The translations under genes and the position numbers were made by a program. From the human T2T-CHM13v2.0 reference genome, Homo sapiens: a stretch of 64,000 bases of DNA. The notes under the pieces were generated by a model that did not search any database, was not told the DNA's origin, and saw nothing but the letters and a program-made list of their open reading frames with translations. The stretch is taken from NCBI RefSeq assembly GCF_009914755.1, contig NC_060932.1. The stretch is one strand, 5' to 3'. Shown piece after piece: positions 16,265 through 28,946 of the stretch (the stretch's first letter is position 1; every line of letters starts with the position of its first letter).

Positions 16265-18859
16265 TTAGAAATGGAGGGGATAAAAAAGAAATAATTTGGT
16301 CACAATAAAGGCTTCTTTCCTTTCCAAATGCTTACAAACAACACTTAAAAAAATCTCGTTTGATGAAATGTAGTGTATGATTTAGTCTTTTTTTAGATAA
16401 AGAACACTTAAAATAGTTTTTCACATTTTTCCGGTAAAGTCTCTCTCAGATATATGCATACATATAAATGTTTATTTACATGAAAGTGAATATGTATATA
16501 GTATAAAAATGTTTATCTACGTAAGTAAATATATATCCAAGGACATTTGAATCTAATCTTCTCTTATTGTATCAGCTCTGTGATAACATCAGTTTCTGAC
16601 AGGCTGGTCAGCAATACATTCTGGTCTGGGCCTTTTTTTCCCCCCATTGTTCATTGGAAGATTAGAACTGAAGGCAAAAGCAATAATACTCTGATCTAGT
16701 TCTGATCCATCCTGCTTTCAAAAAAGGGGCAGTGTTTATGTTAGGGCATTTGGCAACTGAGAAGTAGGTTTTTGAAGGCCTATTTTTAAGGCCAGATTTG
16801 CTCAGGGTGGGGCCCTGCTCTTGGCTTAGAAGCCACATTCACCACTGGCCCCTTAGCTGAAGAAACAAATGGCTAATTATGCTGTGACCAGTTGCTAAAC
16901 TGTTAACAGAATGCAAACAGGGGAGCCCCAAAGTCAGAGAAGATTCTCAGCAAACAGCCTTTAAAGTGCTAGAGGATTGTGGGTGTCAAAGGATCTTCAT
17001 CCCATGGAAGCCATTTTATCAGAATGCAAATGTTTTCTGGCTTTTAAATTGGAGGCACTATGGTGACTATTTAATTTGGCAGTAGCTTAGGATGATCTTG
17101 CATAATGAGAATGAACTATCCTGGAAAGAAAAAAAAAGTCATAGGCATTTTTATTGACTATTTAAGCACCCGAAAACTGGTAGTCTACCATATGACTCCA
17201 GAGATTCCCCATAGACATTAGTCTAGGGTTTTCATTGTCCTCAACTGGGGGCTGCAGTGATTTGGCTGTCGACGGTAATCTTTTTATTTTGGTGTTCTTT
17301 ATAACAGCCAAGGGAGGTGGGAAAAGACTGTATGGGAAGAGCCTGAAAAAGAAGTGTGCAATGTACTTTAACTTTATTTCCTTTACCTTAAGACACTGAT
17401 CCACATTTTACATTTTCTGCAATAAATATGTGCAACACGATCACCATTACATGAAATGGGGTGTGTGTGTATGTGTATTTGTATTTCCTGCAAAAAGCTA
17501 TTTGTTTTTCCCTTTTTTTTTTTTCCTCCAATTCCTGTCCTTCAGGTCTAGGTGCTCCTCTTTAACTTGTCACTGGAAACTGTCCAAATCAAAAAGGATG
17601 TGATTACAAATGATCACTCACCTACTGAGGGTAAAGGGTTTCACAGCAGGGCTGAGTTTACCCCATCCCCATTTATTTTATTTCTCTTTCCCTCAATCCT
17701 TTCCTCCATGGACTGGGAGCTTTGCATGTACCTTTTCTTCCTTAAGATTACACTATGATGATGGTGAGGTTCTGTGTTGTTAAGAGGTCTGTTGGATGCT
17801 TTATTAGTACTCTGAGAGGAAATGCACCAACACTCCAGATGTACTTCAGTTATTTTCTTGATGATCTAATTGCAGGCTCACAATCTCTTTCCAAATTTTT
17901 AGAGCTCCTATTTTTCAGTAAGCACTGATAATTTTTCTCTACCCATCTTAGTACACAAAAACTGTGGGGAGACAACTAGAGCAATAGCTAACTTTATTAT
18001 TATTCTACAAGAACATGTTAAGCACTTAACAGATACTTTCTAAGAATTCTACCCCTTAATTCTATTAAGGTAATTGAGGTTAAGGTAAACTGCTCCTCCA
18101 TTTGAATATTTGAGAAATATCTTGGCAGTTAATTGTATTACTTTTAAAATTTGTTTGCTTTGTTGCAAGAAGTCCAGTGGCAAGGATGGTTTCAATCATA
18201 TCTCTTTGCAGACATCCCTTACCGTAGTTTCTATAGTTTGAGAAGAAGAATTCTATGAGTGTGCAAAGATTCAGCCATTTTACTTGCTATTATGAAAACC
18301 TAGGCATAGGTGATGGTCAGTAAAATATTAAAATGGAATTGATAAAAATAAAGCTCACGAGCCTGCATGTATTCAAGTTTCTTAACTGTGGGGCTTAAGA
18401 CAGGGGGCCTAAAGCCTGTGGTGAGAACTGTTACTCTAATTACTTTTAAAATTATCTTCCTGGGGCTTAGGCTTTGGGCATAGGTACGACAAGAGGTTTC
18501 ATGATTTTCTTACTATTTGGAAAGAATAATTTAGGACTGCAATGGTGATGGCCTTTTGAATCAAGGAAAGGAGGCTTAGGAAGGCTAGTATCAAATAAGT
18601 CCCTAATAATAAAAACAATGCAAATTAGAAAAAACACGTTCTCGGTGAATATGCAGTGCGTGTTGTTCTTCCAGTGCCTAAGTACAATCAGTGCCTGGCT
18701 CTGCTTCCAAGTAGTGACTTTGTGTTCATTAATGATGAATTTCCAGACTGTGATCAAGATTAGAGCACTGAATTGAAAGACTGTTGTATCAAATTTTGGG
18801 TTGCTTTATAGTTCACTTATTGTTATTGTTACTGTTGTTGTTTTTATTTGAAGACAACT

Positions 18860-19046
18860 TAGTATAGTAGATTGGTGAATCAGACAGGCCTTAATTGAAA
18901 TCCTGGACACTTAATTATTTGACCTTAAATAAAGCTTGTCTTTAGTTGTCTGTCTTGTAAATAGGGATAATAATATTTACTTCATGGAGTTGCTTTGAGT
19001 TTTCAATAAATCTGTAAAATAGGCCTAGCACTAAAGAACATGCTCT
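18860..19046 (+). mobile_element. MIR (degenerate)
   Basis: tgtaaatagggataataatatttacttcatggagttgctttgag. Confidence 0.7.
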
Positions 19047-19929
19047 GCCCTTTCCTTTCCCATTGTCATTTCTTATGACCTTCTTAAAAACTTACTACCC
19101 TCCACTTAAAAATTAAAGCACTTTCTAAAGAATTAAAGGAATTTGTCCTTTAATTACTTGTTACATTCTTTAAAATACAGAAGTGTCATTCAATATTTGA
19201 TGATAATAGATAAGTTATTAATGGCATGACGAATTGTTTTGAATGGGTAAGTAGTAAATTAAACATTAAGAACACCCCAAATATAGCACTATAAACTGCA
19301 GAGACTTTTTAAAAAAATTATTCCAACAGGAGTTTGCATGTATCTTTTAGGACTATTAGTGATTTAATGGTGAAAAGATATGTATTGGTTATTTCTTGGT
19401 GAGAAAGATGTTATTTCCCCTATTTCTTGAAGAACCAAAATCTAAGGGAAACTTTCAGGTTTGAGGAGTCAAATTCCACTTCAGTGTTCTGGGCTGATCA
19501 GTCTTTGTTTAGCTTAGACCTACTGAAACACTGCCTCCTAGTGGTAGAGAAAAGAGTGTTTTTTGTTTGTTTAAACAAATTAAAAGGTATGGGAGGGATT
19601 AGTTTAATTAAATGGCAATAATAAAGGTTCCAAAGGAGATTGAAATTCTGAGAACCAAAATGGGAACAGAATCAAATCAGGTTAATGTGTTTCCTATGTT
19701 GGACAAGAAACTGTTAGTTCATTATGGGTTGGATTTTGAACTTTTTATAAAAGATGAGCAATGGCTTTTCCTCTGGCAAATGATAGATTGCGTGAGGAAC
19801 AGTCATGAATTTGTTGAATGAAGGAGATAGGGATTATTTCATTTTAAGTGTTTTTGGGAGGAACACTGTTTTTCTCTGTAGTCATTATGGTAAACTGGTG
19901 AACACCCAGGGACTTCAGTCAATGACTAG

Positions 19930-20150
19930 TAAAATATCAGAGTTGGAAAAGATATTAGTGCCCTTTAAGTTCAAATCCCTTAATGTATTAAATGACTATC
20001 CCAAAATCACACAGGCAATTAGTGTCAGATATTAGGACCTGGAATAGTCATTAAATATGGAACTTTTATTATGTGCCAGGTACTGTGTTACAGAGTAGGG
20101 TGCAGTGATGTGCATTTATATATAGTCACTACCCTAGTTGAACCATTGAG
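19930..20150 (-). mobile_element. MIR fragment followed by L2 3' end
   Basis: ttaaatgactatcccaaaatcacacagg (MIR); ttattatgtgccaggtactgtgtt (L2). Confidence 0.55.
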
Positions 20151-21189
20151 CCATTAACACCATACCCATTGTCATCTATTGTGAGAAGACATCTGCAAAA
20201 GGAATGACCTTCAAAACTGACATTTGATTGTTTGGAGAGATCATAAGCTTGGATAGTGAAATTTCTGAGAATTTAGATTCCCTAGAATAGGCAGAATTCT
20301 GCCCCGCTTAATTTATAATTGCCAAGGCAATGATGTCAAACCCTTGTAGAAGATTTTTTTTTTAACTGAAGGTTAACATTAAAGTAATAATGGATGGATT
20401 CCATTTTCACATTACTGGTATATGTCTATAGAAGTTTGGGTGTGTCAAGAATCTCTGGCCCCTGCAGAGGAAAATCTGTACTTATTCATTTTTGCCAAAA
20501 TGGAAAAAGTTTACCTATCACTGCTTAAAATCATTACCCCATGCAGCACTGTAATCGTCTAAGTATGAAATTCATGAATTAACTCACAACATATTTCATC
20601 ATAATGATTAATGTGGTTAAATAATAGTAAATGGACTGTGTATTTTTCTAATAGCATAACAAACTCCCAATGCATTTCAATATAGAGGCTTCAATTGCCT
20701 CAAAAATCACTGGTGATAGTTTTTACTTTCATGTTTGCCTAAGCAGAAAAAACTCACTTTGTTTTCCCTCCCACGACCTCACATCACTTTGCCAAAGTGA
20801 AACAATACGTCCCAAAGGAAGAGCTCTTATAACTTCTTAGTTCTTATCTAATTTTCCTGGATGATTAAGGGGCAAGTCACTACGAAGCATTTATTTAGTT
20901 GGCAATTTAAGGATTTATGGTTTTTATACATGCATTATAAGGATTTAAAACACATAGACCTTCATTTTCCATTATATAAAATATTCCTGCCAAGTTATTT
21001 TGAACACATATCTCTTTGCTTTTACATATTTGAAGACATATCCTGCTGGCCCGTATTTAAGTGGAATCAGTGGTATCTGTGTCTGACAGATTTTTTTTTT
21101 TTTCACAAATCACTCTTTCATTCGCCCATTCCTAATCCAAGGGTAAAAGACATTCAAGCCAGAGATCCAGATACATGGTCCTTACAGGG

Positions 21190-21275
21190 ATATTTTAAGA
21201 AGCAAATACGATAACTCAGGTAAAGTGCTTAGCACAGTACAAGGCACCCATATGCTCAATAAATGGTAGCAATTT
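21190..21275 (+). mobile_element. MIR 3' fragment
   Basis: gtaaagtgcttagcacagtacaaggcac...tgctcaataaatggtagc. Confidence 0.7.
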
Positions 21276-23956
21276 CTTTTATTATTTGACAAGATAATTG
21301 ACCAATGAGCTGATAACTGGTAATCAGCAGAAGTTCAAGTAGGCAGGTGGTTATCAGGGCACACACTGTAAACATCACAGACCCAGTCATAGAAAGATTT
21401 GTATCCAAGGTGTTGAGTGGATAAGATATATAGAAATCACATAATTACAGAGAAATTGTGACATGAGATGGACAGCTCAGGGAGTGGAGACTTTGGGGAC
21501 AAAGTAGACCATTTAGGGCATGATTGATACATAAGTAAGGGAAATCCAACTCTAGAGATAGGGATCTCAAATCAAAGCCAACCAGTTGAAAGTGATCCTC
21601 TCATTTATTCATGTTTCCTTAGGGCACAAGAGCCAACACACCTTCCACATCTTCATCGATACTTCACACCTCCCTGCTTTGTCGGGGCTCACTAGCAAGG
21701 ACAGGGAAGAGAAGAGGGACAGTCAATTGTTTCATTTCTCTAATGAAAGAATTGAAATTGGTTAGGAAAAGGGCAGAATTGATATAGGATCCAGCAAAAT
21801 GGTTATCTGTCCACCTAAGAAAACTGACCAGTGAAGACCCTACAAAAATACTAATCTCCACACAAAATCTGTAAGTCCCTGTGTACTAGCAAACAAGAAA
21901 AAACAAGGATTTGGAATTTTTATATTTTGTTTGTTTTTCCACTCAACTTGGATAAACCTCTTAGCCCCTCTGAGTCTTAATGTTTTTTCCTGTGTAAAAA
22001 CAGTACATCTTAAAAAAATGGTGCTGGCATGGAAAATGAAAATATGCATGCAAAAGATTGCTGTAGACTGTAAATCTCATAAGATGCTTGTCATTATTTT
22101 TAACCTCTCTTTCTTACTGTGTCTTTCTTGATCCCTCCCCCTCTCTTTCTGACCAAAGAATACACATTCTTCTACATTCAGAAGAGGATAGGTTAGACCA
22201 ACGCTCTCTCCTCTCCTATAAGTCTTGGCAATTGTAGCATGGGAATGCCTACTGGCTTGGAACAAGAAACTAGTTTACCTGACCAGAACTCTGAATATGT
22301 CTTAGACCACTGGTGTCTGACTGCAGTTCTTGGAAAGGGGCACAGAATATTCTTTTGACCAATGCCAATGGGGAGGCAACTGCACAGGCAAATGGACAGA
22401 GGTCCTGGCTGAGTGGCAGTAACCTAGAAGCCAGAGAGCTCAGATTCAAACCCACTGACTCTTGACCTCTCATTCATTGCTGTCAGTGGAATGAAGACAA
22501 CACTGCCACATACTACTTCCCAGAGAGATGGGAGACCCCAGAGAAGCTCTCTCTCTTTTTTAATGGGAAGTTCTCTTCTGCCTAAGTTATTCACCATCTT
22601 CTAATTTTATGGTTTGTTTGTAGATTTATTATTGTGATGTACTTTCCATTCAGGGCATCAACTGGCTTCCTTTCTGTAAACTGTGTGGGGCCTCTTCTGC
22701 CATCCTGCACCTATACAAATGAGAAGAGGGAGGCTATCTTATTTCATGGGCAGGGAAGGGCCCCTGTGAATTATACAATGATTTTTTATGAGAAGGTAAA
22801 CACACTTGTGTGATTTTTATGTGTAAAATTCCATCCAAAATTGTAGAATCAAGGGGCGTTACAGAGGAATTTGAGATTATTCTCTGATGAGAAGAGAACC
22901 ATGACATCACAGAGGAGGGATCTGCATCAGTTTCAGTGAAGTTTCACTGAAGACAGAAACTGTGGTCTAATTTCACTCTTAGGTGGAGTTAAACAGTTCA
23001 AAACTTACATCTGTCTGCATGTCTTGCTGCTGACAGTTTGTTGTGAGATGGAACACAAGGTATAACCATCAAGATAAATTTATGGAGGAACCATTATTTG
23101 TTATTGGCGTTGTTTTATAGTTGCTTTGGGATTTGTATTTTTCCCTTTTCTAATAGTGACTTTTATGATGCTGAGCTGAAAGCCTTTCACTCTTCTCTGA
23201 AACACAACATATTTTTCTTTCTTTCACAAATGATTATCACAGAATTCATGTGGTTTTTCTGCACAAAGGAATTACTATGTTGATGCAGTAACTTTCTAGA
23301 TGGCTCACATCTTTATCGTCCTGACCCTCTGCAGTTCTGTCCTTTTCATTTCTGGCAGAAGTTTCTTAACATCAAGCTCAAGGCAAAAATGGGCTTTTTT
23401 ATCTTGCTCATTCCCTTCATTTCTCAAGGGCTGGTTGAACTGTTGGAAACACATTTTTTCTCCAGGAATGTCCTTTTTCTATATTCAGGAAAATGTTTTA
23501 TTTTTCCTCAATCCAGATTGAGTAGTACTAAAGACCCCTATCAAACAGAAGAAATTTCGGTATTTGCCTAGTCCAAATTATTTACTTTTTGGTGACAAAG
23601 TAGAGCTACAGAAAAAAAAAATTATTTGAACAATATTATTGTTACTGTGAACTATACAAATACCTAGTCTGATCTCCTTCCACTTGGTTAATTTGCTCCA
23701 ATCTTTCCCCTCCCAGTAATAGTATTATAATTAATCAAGCCAAGGATTTTATTTACCTGTCTTCCTGTCATCTATCTATTTATTGTTAGCGATTTTATTG
23801 TGTTTGACCTTATGGAGAATGCTAGGATGTCAGATAAAATAAATAAAATAATATGTTCATTTCTCCTCCCAGTATGTTATATGCAGTAGTGATTTGTAAA
23901 TTTGTCGGGGAAACCTTTACTAATTTTTGCAAAGTTTAAAGAATTTGACAATTCTT

Positions 23957-24053
23957 TATTTATACATAAGAGGGACTTATATATAATATAATATAAATGT
24001 ATATTTATATTATAAATAGTATAAATGTATGCTATTTATACATAAGAGGGACT
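23957..24053. repeat. 21-bp direct repeat flanking a 55-bp AT-rich spacer
   Basis: tatttatacataagagggact at 23957-23977 and 24033-24053. Confidence 0.9.
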
Positions 24054-24186
24054 AAGAAAATATTTCTCTTCAAAGTGAGGTCTGGTTTGCATTTTTAGCC
24101 TTTCCTTCCATTGGTTGGACCCTGGTAGGTTTGTCCTAAAGTAAGATCTCCCCTTCTGTAAAGCTCTTTCTACATATTCTTTAGAC

Positions 24187-24410
24187 TAGAGGTTCTGAAA
24201 TGAAGGTGGAACTCTCTTCCTCCACCCAAGGGACATTTGGCAATGTTTGGAGAACTTTTTGTTGCCAGACGGGGAGGTGATACTGTCATACTGTCATCTA
24301 ATGTATAGAGGACGAATATGCTGCTGTTAAATATTCAACAACACACAGATTCCCACAACAAAGCTATGCAGTCCAAAATGTCAGTATGCTAATGTTTAGA
24401 AGCTGAGATC
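24187..24410 (+). mobile_element. MER20 (hAT-Charlie)
   Basis: gggacatttggcaatgtttggaga...cccacaacaaag...ccaaaatgtcagtatgct. Confidence 0.85.
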
Positions 24411-24903
24411 TGGAAGATTGTGTTTCCCTTGTGCCTGTAAGAGCTGGGCCTGGTACTTGCAATGCCAGCATAGGTCTGAAATATAGTATGTTTTCTATTA
24501 TTCCTCCCAATGACCACTTCCATAAGACACCTGAGTGAGTAGCAGATGTTACTGAAAGTTTAGGGTCACAAAGGGAATTGAATCACAGGCTGTCCCTCCT
24601 CCCATTGGCAAGAAACCAAACAGTTCACTCAAGATATCTCTCTCCTCTAAGCTCTTTCACCTATGTAATACTTTTATTCACCACCTTTCTCCATAGATAT
24701 AGCCTCTTTACTGGTGTAAGCTCCTTTTATGCAGGACTCCTCACTTTCTTCTTAGCCAGAGCCCCGTTCCCTGAGCTCCTTCTTGGAAATCTAATTCCTC
24801 TCACTTTTTTAAAATGGAGAGTAACTTTGCTTTCCCTAAGTGTCTGGTTGTGTATATTAGTCAGGGTTTTCCAGAAAAAAAGAACCAAGAAGATACATAT
24901 ATC

Positions 24904-25144
<241 letters not shown>

Positions 25145-25155
25145 AAGATACATGT

Positions 25156-25228
25156 ATCTTATATAAAATATAAGATATATGTAACATATCTTATATAAAA
25201 TATAAGATATATGTAACATATCTTATAT
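25156..25228. repeat. 32-bp AT-rich palindromic minisatellite, ~2.3 copies
   Basis: Unit atcttatataaaatataagatatatgtaacat at 25156 and 25188, partial copy at 25220. Confidence 0.92.
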
Positions 25229-26974
25229 TAAGTTCATTATATAAAACAAGGAATAGGCTCATATAATTATGGAGGCTAAGAAGTCTCAAGATCTGCAGTT
25301 GGCAAGCTGGAGACCCAGGAGAGAGTTGATAGTGTAAGTTCCAGTCTGAAGGAAGAAGACTGATTATGTCTTCTTCCTTCAAAAGAAGGAAGCTCTAACA
25401 TAGACAGAGAGAGAATTCTTTCCTACTTGGTCTTTTATCTTTTCTGGCCTTCAGTGGATTGGATGAGGGCCGCCCACATTGGTGAGGGCAATCTGGTTTA
25501 CTCAGTCAACAGATTCAAATGTTAATCTCATCTAGAAACACCCTCACAGACACACCCAAAATAGTGTTTAACCAAACATTTGGGCCCCCTGTAGTCCAGT
25601 CATGTTGACGTATAAAATTAGCCATCACATTGTTCCATATCCAAAGATTCAATAATGTGCTTAGCTAAACAATGAGCTTACATGTTAGCCTTCAGGAAGA
25701 AGGGATCCAGAAGATGACACTATTTTTCTTCTTTTCTTCTGTCACTTCTGTCTTTGTGAGTGAAAGAAAGTGGTATCAGGATTTGTTCCCCTAATGTAGA
25801 ACTATGCTAAAATCTTCAGGGGGCAGTGAGGGCAAAGTTGAGTTTTTCTTTAAATAAATGGTTTATTTTGCTTATCTCCCAGTTATAATTATAAGTGAGT
25901 TTGGTTGGGTCACATCCTTTAATTTTGGGGTCCCAATTAATTATATTTTTTGGCATGGACAGCAGGACCATTAGTTGTAACCTTATTAGCTTTATTATAA
26001 ATATTTGATGTCAATGCGTTTATTTTTTCTTTGAAAGAGCTCTATACTCTCTCATGTCATTGGGAACTGGACAGTTGATATTTTATTCTATTACTTTATA
26101 ATTATATAATTCATAGTTAATTACATCATTTAATTCCAGTTACAAATATTTAACTCATACCCATCTCCATATTTGTCTCTGACCCCAGCAACCAGAAGCC
26201 AGGCATGAAGAAAGATACAAAAAACTACGAGTTTTTTCATTTTGCCTCATATGCTGGATAAATATGGATTATGTGAATAAATAAATGACCAGGCATCCTG
26301 GAGTGTGGCTGGCTCATTTGGAGGTTCTGTGCATTTGAACATAAAAACTGCAGCCTTGCAAACACATTCCCAGAATACCTGAGGGTAGGTTTGTAATTGA
26401 GAGTGGGATCCTTCTCTAAAGACCATAGTATTCAGTTCTAGAATCTGAATAAGTGGGTGCCCCTTTTTATGTGTGACTCTGTCCAACCATTTTTTTCCAT
26501 CACAACTTCAGAGAATATTGAGACTCATTAGCAGCTGTGGTCTGGTAAAGCTTTATCTCTAGCTTGGCATGGCTGTAGAAACCTGGTTGATCCTATCTTT
26601 TAGACTGTATGCAATTTTAGAAGTCTTTGGGAATTCCAAGTAAAGCCTCAAGAAGATCTTGGACTCTTTCCTGCCAAGAAGACATACCTGTGTTTCTTTG
26701 TTATTCCATAATCAATGAAAAGAATGGAGACTGCATTTGTGGTCTGAGTGTGTGGAGCAGTTCTTACTGATTGAATAAATGAATAAATGAGACCAAGTTG
26801 GTAATGAGGTATAAATCCCAAGCCACCTACAGGTAATACCACTTTTTTTCTAGTGCTGTATATTACCACCTTAAATCGCTCCTTTGTTCAAGCAGCAAGG
26901 TAACACAGATTACACAGAACCTTTAAAAACAGGCTAAAACAACTGCCAAATTCAATGAGATTAAAAACATGGGG

Positions 26975-27160
26975 AAGTGGAAAGAAGACTGGATTGCGCT
27001 CAGGCCACCTGGCCTCTAGACCTTGCAGGAAGCTTTGCCATGTGGCCATGATGCAATACTGGGCAAGTCACGTCACTCTCAGATTCATTCTCTCCTCTCT
27101 TCTCTGAAAACTGATGAGGGCAGACTAAATAATCCTTTCCTTTCAAGGTTTAAGATCTTT
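26975..27160 (+). mobile_element. MIR/MIR3 (degenerate)
   Basis: gtggaaagaagactggattg...ctgggcaagtcacgtcactctc...cagactaaataatcc. Confidence 0.55.
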
Positions 27161-27479
27161 TTATCCCCTGAATGGGATGTTTTGTCAAAGAGCTTCTTCC
27201 ATCTTGTCTTTAAGAGTAACTTTTTATAAGCTATGCCCTGGCAAGTGAGAAACTGAAAGACAGGATTAGCAGTACTAAGACCAAAGTGGTTTATGGGCTT
27301 TAAAAAATACTGTTGCTCAGGATGCTTTATTCATAGAGCAAAATCTAATGATGAACTCAGCATTTCCATTGTAAATTGAATATTTCTTGGAGTTTCTAAG
27401 TTGACTCGGACATTTTGCTTAGAATTGAATCTTAGCAAGATGTTTTCCAGCAGCTTTTACCAAAAAAGTGATAATCTAC

Positions 27480-28946
27480 TGTTAGGGGATTTTGGGGATG
27501 TCACTGTTCTGGCTGGAAATTGTGGTCAGTGGCACCTTTGCTTGACTTTTGCCCGGGCCCACTTAACTAGTTCCACCCACTCAGCCTGGCAGGCTGCGCT
27601 CGGCTCACGCTACTGGCCTGGATCCCATGCGTGCCAAGGGCGAGCCAGGTGTGAAGCAACGAGAAGTATGTGAGCGACTGAGTGTGGGGTCGGCCCACTG
27701 CACAGTCAGTGCTGGCTCCAGGTGCCAGCCCAGGCACCAAGTCTCTGTGATGCTGCAGCTAGACCACGTATACTGCCAGCAGCTTCCCCGACTGTCACCA
27801 GGAAATGGAGTGGCGCCTGGAAACTTGGAGATGCCAGGAACCACAGGCCTCAAAAAGGAGGTCACAGCCGTGGCTCAGGGAGCTCCCAGGTCTGGGGTCC
27901 CCAAAGGGCCACAGCTCTTCTCTCCCGCTCTTTGCCTGCAACGTGGTGAGCAAGGGGTGTGTTTCAGCCTTGTTTGTGTTATAGCTCTTTTAGCCTCTCC
28001 ATTTGGCAGGTCCCAAGTTCTTGTCCTGTGACCAAGAAGAATGAGGCACGCAGACAAGTGAAGAGTAAGCAAAACAAAGAGGAGCTTTACAGAGCAGTAG
28101 AACAGTTCAGAGACCCACTGTGGGTAGCTCCTTTCTGCAGCCAAGGTGTCCCAATGAGTGTTCAGCCCTCAGGAGAGAGGAGGAGGCCCTGGAGTGGGTT
28201 GCTTCTCTCCACAGGCCTCAGAGGGAGGAAGTCTGTGTTGATTGGTCCATGGGCAGTCATGGGCAGGCCCTGGAAAAAGCACCATGAGTTCCCCCTTTGT
28301 TCCACAGGACTGGCAGCCTGGCCCCCAGGCTTCAGGCCTTCCCTGGCCTGAAGATGGGGCTTTGCTGGGGACCTGCTGCCTTACTGCCCAGGAGCCTGAC
28401 TGCCTGCGGCAGCCATGCATGGCACCTAGGCTGCTCGCACCAAGGGGCACCAGTAGGTCAGCACAGAGCTGCCCTCAGCCCACACTCAGCTTTCCCTTCC
28501 ACGTTTCAGCACCAAAAGCCCAGAGGGGGCTGAGGCAGCAAGGAGCCAGCGTGTCAGTGCTGCCCTGAGTGTGCACAAACCCTGCTTGGCTGTAACAGCT
28601 TCCAGCCTCAGTCCAATCACACTCTGAGATTGGAGCGGGTGCTGGGAGTGGGGAGAGGCCAGGCAGTGGGAGCAGACACCCCCGAGCCTCTGGATGGGAG
28701 GTGTGGGGGCCCTTCCCAGGCCCCCGAGGGTGCAGATTGGAGAGACACCCAAGCCCTATACCTGGGAGGGCAACTGTAGCGGCACCTGGAGAGAGCAGGG
28801 CTCCTACTTGCTCCATGGAGTGGGAGGCTCAGGCCCAGGTGGGCAGGGCTCCTGCCTGCTCCATGGAGTGGGAGGCCTGGGCCCGCCTCCCCGCTGCAGC
28901 TGGCATCTTGGCAGTGGCCACTCTAGATGGGCTGCTGCTGTCATCA
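27480..28946 (-). mobile_element. MER52-family solo LTR (ERV1), full length
   Basis: Minus strand starts tgatgacagcagcagcccatctagagtggcc and ends ...ccccaaaatcccctaaca (TG...CA). GC-rich. Perfect 4-bp TSD ctac (27476-27479, 28947-28950). Confidence 0.92.

Noticed and set aside
22932-22951. Inverted repeat ttcagtgaa-gt-ttcactgaa
   Set aside because: A 9-bp stem is within chance expectation for 64 kb, and there is no supporting context.
25156-25228. CRISPR-like appearance of palindromic ~32-bp repeats
   Set aside because: Units are contiguous with no unique spacers, there are no cas genes, and the context is eukaryotic. It is a minisatellite.
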